Positions 60,312 to 64,000 of a stretch of DNA of 64,000 nt are shown here, piece by piece. This DNA is from a virus (taxonomy: Duplodnaviria > Caudoviricetes): IMG/VR virus record IMGVR_UViG_3300028591_000103, positions 64,001 to 128,000 of that record; one strand, written 5' to 3'. The translations under genes were made by a program, and so were the position numbers. Every line of letters starts with the position of its first letter. Position 1 is the stretch's first letter. The notes below the pieces were generated by a model that saw only the letters and a list, made by a program, of their open reading frames with translations, did not search any database and had not been told where the DNA came from.

Positions 60312-60337
60312 ATAAGGTGGGCATATGCCCACCTTAT
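60312..60337 (+). terminator. Terminator hairpin
   Basis: ATAAGGTGGGC-ATAT-GCCCACCTTAT. Confidence 0.75.
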
Positions 60338-60364
60338 ACATATTTATTTTGAGGAGGTTTTTTT

Positions 60365-60883
60365 ATGAAAACTTATTTCCAATCGTTGAATGTCGCACGC
60401 AATCAAACATATCAGGAGATTATTCACGCGTGTTACAACGCGATCAAACAGTCCATTGATGATAAGACTGAGATTCGTATGGAGTTTGCTGAAATCGAAA
60501 ATGATATGAACGGTAAATCAGAAGTTTGTCTTCTTTCCACAGAAACAAAGGGAAAGCATGTTTCTGATGCGAAGCCGCATTTCACGATTTATAATATGAT
60601 CGAGCATGATGTCGTGCGTGTCATGATGCAATGCTGTGAAACAATCGATGGTCCTGCTATCGTAGATTTCATTGTACGACATGATGAAGAAACCGGTTCT
60701 ATCAATTATGAATTTGCACCAATTGTTCAACCAATCATTGAAAAAGATCCAACATTGATGATGCCGTTCAATTATATACTCGGCTACATCGGTGGGGCAC
60801 TCAAAGCATTTTCAGAATTTTCAATTCCTGAAAAGATTGATCCCACTGAAAATGGTGATGATGGAACTGAAAGCGAGGTTTAA
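60365..60883 (+). CDS. Hypothetical protein
   Basis: SD GAGGAGG. Confidence 0.8.
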   Translation: MKTYFQSLNVARNQTYQEIIHACYNAIKQSIDDKTEIRMEFAEIENDMNGKSEVCLLSTETKGKHVSDAKPHFTIYNMIEHDVVRVMMQCCETIDGPAIVDFIVRHDEETGSINYEFAPIVQPIIEKDPTLMMPFNYILGYIGGALKAFSEFSIPEKIDPTENGDDGTESEV

Positions 60884-60887
60884 TCAT

Positions 60888-61490
60888 ATGGAAAATAAAC
60901 TGATACTCGGATTTGTAACGATGGAGTCACTTGCAAGATTCATCTTTTCAAAAGTGTCATTTGCTTTGATCAATCGTTACAGTGATTTACGAACCGGACT
61001 CAATGTCGTGAAAGCGATCGGCTATGGTCAATCAACACAAGCTGATGACTATGATAAACATCCATGGTACATCGAAGATGCTATGTCAATTTATACTGGA
61101 CCTGGACCCGCAGAACAAGATGAACTCAATGCACTTGTTGCGCTAAAACATAACTCAGAAATATTGAACACAGATTCACGAATGATACAGAAAACCGCAG
61201 TGTATCATATCACAACAGTGTTATCAGATGCACATACACATGTCATTATCATAGTTCGATATCCAAAACAGATTGACGGGTTGACCGGACTTGATGAAGT
61301 CATTACAGATAAAGGTTTTGATGTCACGATGGATGTTGTTGATGAACATGGGGATCATATCGAACCAGACAATGTTCCGAAAGAACTTCATGACGATGTG
61401 ATTTGTATTGCTGAAGTCGCACATGAAATCAGATCAACACTTAGGAATGCTGTAGAAAAGGATTTGAACGATGGATCAAAAAGCAATTGA
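60888..61490 (+). CDS. Hypothetical protein
   Basis: SD GAGG; start MENKL. Confidence 0.75.
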   Translation: MENKLILGFVTMESLARFIFSKVSFALINRYSDLRTGLNVVKAIGYGQSTQADDYDKHPWYIEDAMSIYTGPGPAEQDELNALVALKHNSEILNTDSRMIQKTAVYHITTVLSDAHTHVIIIVRYPKQIDGLTGLDEVITDKGFDVTMDVVDEHGDHIEPDNVPKELHDDVICIAEVAHEIRSTLRNAVEKDLNDGSKSN

Positions 61491-61773
61491 TGAAGCGTAT
61501 GCAAATGTGGTAGAAAAGGAACTGATTCCTGGTGTCAAAGTAAAAATGACACATGCCAAGATGACATTTGCCCCATATGGTTTTCCACGGGAAATCATCT
61601 TATGCGGGAGATTGATTGATGTTTTGCATGCCGCAAAGATGAGTGTCGAAGAACGTTCAAAATACATGGAAATATCATATGGATGTAATCTAGAATGGTG
61701 GTGTGGCGTCTCGCAGGATTACATCATGGCATTGCCAAAACCGAGAGGAAGTAGCGAAAATGAAAGGAGATAA
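61471..61773 (+). CDS. Hypothetical protein
   Basis: SD AAAGGA; operon position. Confidence 0.7.
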   Translation: MDQKAIDEAYANVVEKELIPGVKVKMTHAKMTFAPYGFPREIILCGRLIDVLHAAKMSVEERSKYMEISYGCNLEWWCGVSQDYIMALPKPRGSSENERR

Positions 61774-61778
61774 ACAAC

Positions 61779-62318
61779 ATGATTGAGGTTGATGGATTCC
61801 GTCTGAATGGTGGTTGTGATTTCAATAATACAACAAAACGAGATACCCCGTTTCCAAACTCGTCATCAACACCGGTTTCAATTAAAAAACTCTGTGATGA
61901 TCCAAACGATCCAAACTATTGGAAAGAAAACATCACAACAAATGAAGACCGCGGCATCAAAGTCCCGATTACTCAACCAGGAATTCCATTGTCGGAATTT
62001 GCTGAACGGTTGATCGCTCTTGAACAAGAGAATGTTGTACTTCGGGAAGGAATTGAACAGCTTGAAGCCGAAGTCGCGAAACTCAAGATTCTTGTACAAC
62101 TTGCAATAGGATTGGGTGGCAGCGCAATGTTTGTTTTACACAATGATTCCGAACGTTGGAACGGATTGTGCAAATATATGGCACATATGGGTCTCGACAA
62201 TAATACTGCATTCGAGATCAATGGTGACGGTGTTATCGTTCGCCGTGACGGAAAGGAGATTCCTGAATGTTCGTTAAAGAATACAGACGAGCCTTCTCCC
62301 ACGAATGGAGTATCATGA
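61779..62318 (+). CDS. Coiled-coil hypothetical protein
   Basis: SD AAAGGAG; heptad LIALEQENVVLREGIEQLEAEVAKL. Confidence 0.75.
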   Translation: MIEVDGFRLNGGCDFNNTTKRDTPFPNSSSTPVSIKKLCDDPNDPNYWKENITTNEDRGIKVPITQPGIPLSEFAERLIALEQENVVLREGIEQLEAEVAKLKILVQLAIGLGGSAMFVLHNDSERWNGLCKYMAHMGLDNNTAFEINGDGVIVRRDGKEIPECSLKNTDEPSPTNGVS

Positions 62319-62695
62319 TTAATCGTCAACTAGATATTCCCAGGAAGGTGCATGAGATATTCGTTTTAGGACCCAAGACGCCTCATGAAATATGGGGTGC
62401 TACCAGTGAGGATGCTCGTAAAGATCTTCATGAACAAGATAGTCTTGTGACTGATGTTGAAATGAAATTTCTGATGGATGTGCAGTATTCACGCCTTGAA
62501 TACTGTATCAGGGTTACTGTTAACGCATCATTCATGCCGGAATCAACTGATGAGATCTGTCAGAAATATTTTGAAGACCGCTGGAATCATATTCGGAAGG
62601 TATTTGGTAATGTCACTGATGACGAAGCTCTGGAGATCGCTCATCACATCGAGAAAGAATATCTCGGAATGCCTGGTGACAGCTGGCATCTATAA
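62315..62695 (+). CDS. Hypothetical protein
   Basis: ATGA overlap, SD GGAG. Confidence 0.7.
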   Translation: MINRQLDIPRKVHEIFVLGPKTPHEIWGATSEDARKDLHEQDSLVTDVEMKFLMDVQYSRLEYCIRVTVNASFMPESTDEICQKYFEDRWNHIRKVFGNVTDDEALEIAHHIEKEYLGMPGDSWHL

Positions 62696-62709
62696 AGGAG
62701 GAATATTGT

Positions 62710-63405
62710 ATGCCGATTAATTATGAATCAGCATGGAAACATCTGAAAACGTTTGTTTCGGATATGGAGTTTTATTCAAAGCCATATAAAGGCAATGGAT
62801 TCCGAGCTGTCTTGCTTAAGATGGAAGAACTGGAAAAGGCTTTGAAAACAGACGAGCCGAAAGACGAATCATCAACGACGATATCCAGCATTCTCCGTAA
62901 GTATAATTTGTTAACAGATGATACCACATTGCCGGACATCAAGATTGGTGACTTTACACTCGAACGTTCAAAACTCCCGAAATTTACCGCGGAAGATTTC
63001 AAGGTTGCAAAAGATGCTTTCAATTCAAGCATCCACGTTTATGGGATTGCTCATGAACTTGAAAGTCAATTGATTGAAACTGCAAATGCTGCAGCACGAG
63101 AAGTCGATAAATGGATTCTGGATATATTCAAAACACTTTACGGTTGTAAAAGCTTTGACGATGTATATCTCAAAATGACTCATCAGCAATATCTCACAGA
63201 ATTCAAACACGCCATTGAACGCGTCAATGAACGATTGGAATATATTGACAATTCACAAGACAAATGGGAACGTGACGGAAATACGATAACATATTATCCG
63301 TTGCATGGATATCGATTGAGTGTTCCAAAAGAACCTGTCAAACCTTCTGAGGAACTGTATCAGAATCTTAAATCATTATGGGAGGAAGTCTACAATGAAA
63401 ATTGA
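62710..63405 (+). CDS. Hypothetical protein
   Basis: SD AAAGGAGG. Confidence 0.75.
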   Translation: MPINYESAWKHLKTFVSDMEFYSKPYKGNGFRAVLLKMEELEKALKTDEPKDESSTTISSILRKYNLLTDDTTLPDIKIGDFTLERSKLPKFTAEDFKVAKDAFNSSIHVYGIAHELESQLIETANAAAREVDKWILDIFKTLYGCKSFDDVYLKMTHQQYLTEFKHAIERVNERLEYIDNSQDKWERDGNTITYYPLHGYRLSVPKEPVKPSEELYQNLKSLWEEVYNEN

Positions 63406-63799
63406 ACTTTGGTGCTTCAATCAGTCATCGACAGGAATGCTCGATAATCCTGTTAGAACGGAAGTCTCATTTGTAACAAATGACGACGTCGACCGCGACA
63501 CACTTCTCGAGCATATTAAACTTTATGACGGATCGACAGCAACACCGATTGATCTGGATTTGTATCGGCGCATGAAGAAATTTGCCGAAGAAGATGAGAA
63601 ACTTCATGATTTCTATCGCGGAAGAAGCCCGGAACAGATTAAGGAAATCTGTGACGGAATATATGAGAAAATTCATAAACGTGTTGAACGCAATGTCAGA
63701 TCGCCACAAGTCAATTGGGAATACCGTAAACTCTCAGTCGGCATTGAGATTTTGCGTTCTTACAATATCTGGTGGACACCACAGACAGATGAGAAATAA
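63395..63799 (+). CDS. Hypothetical protein
   Basis: SD GGAGG; start MKIELW. Confidence 0.7.
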   Translation: MKIELWCFNQSSTGMLDNPVRTEVSFVTNDDVDRDTLLEHIKLYDGSTATPIDLDLYRRMKKFAEEDEKLHDFYRGRSPEQIKEICDGIYEKIHKRVERNVRSPQVNWEYRKLSVGIEILRSYNIWWTPQTDEK

Positions 63800-63816
63800 T
63801 AGGGGACAAGTGAAAT

Positions 63817-64000
63817 ATGGAAAATCATGCAAAAGATTCATTCACGTTGATTTCCGGTTTCTATTGGAAAGAGATGTTCAGACCGTCATTTATTGGACGA
63901 CTCCAGAAGGCTACCGCAAAAATCTTTAGTGATAGTGATCGAAAAAAGAAATACAGTACCACAAAGTTCAACCTCATCATCGAACCTGTTGAAAAACCGA
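63817..64000 (+). CDS. Hypothetical protein, 3'-truncated by window edge
   Basis: ATG 63817, frame open to the end of the window. Confidence 0.55.
   Translation, partial: MENHAKDSFTLISGFYWKEMFRPSFIGRLQKATAKIFSDSDRKKKYSTTKFNLIIEPVEKP

Noticed and set aside
1-64000. Alternative genetic code / stop recoding
   Set aside because: Conserved genes are intact and densely packed under code 11; TAA, TGA and TAG all act as stops.
1-64000. tRNA/rRNA genes, introns or inteins in RNAP and polymerase genes
   Set aside because: No cloverleaf or T-loop signatures seen in intergenic gaps; enzyme ORFs are uninterrupted and lack visible intein or homing-endonuclease motifs.

Overview
64-kb fragment of a jumbo phage of the phiKZ/AR9(PBS1)-like multisubunit-RNAP type. 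The host is probably a Firmicute (Clostridia-like), judged from strong AAAGGAGG Shine-Dalgarno (SD) sites, holin types and a BspA-type LRR. Standard genetic code. Core genes: a family B DNA polymerase split into two genes about 50 kb apart, GyrA/ParC-like topoisomerase, SF2 helicase, DHH phosphoesterase, SbcD-like nuclease, virion RNAP beta and beta'-C subunits, non-virion beta'-N with a probable specificity subunit, and a minus-strand tail/fibre block. Two promoter classes and a GGGC-N3/4-GCCC terminator family are readable from the DNA. Most notable: (1) a ~1186-aa probable head-packaged polyprotein punctuated by [VIFYA]-Q-E putative maturation-protease sites, ending in three SMI1/KNR4 (SUKH) domains plus a DUF6985-like immunity domain, suggesting an injected poly-immunity cargo; (2) four 150-210-nt end-paired structured RNA islands beside terminators, carrying SD or anti-SD motifs, two with 18-codon minigenes; (3) an LRR adhesin with DNA-identical repeat frameworks and hypervariable columns. 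All family calls are by motif recognition; no searches were run.
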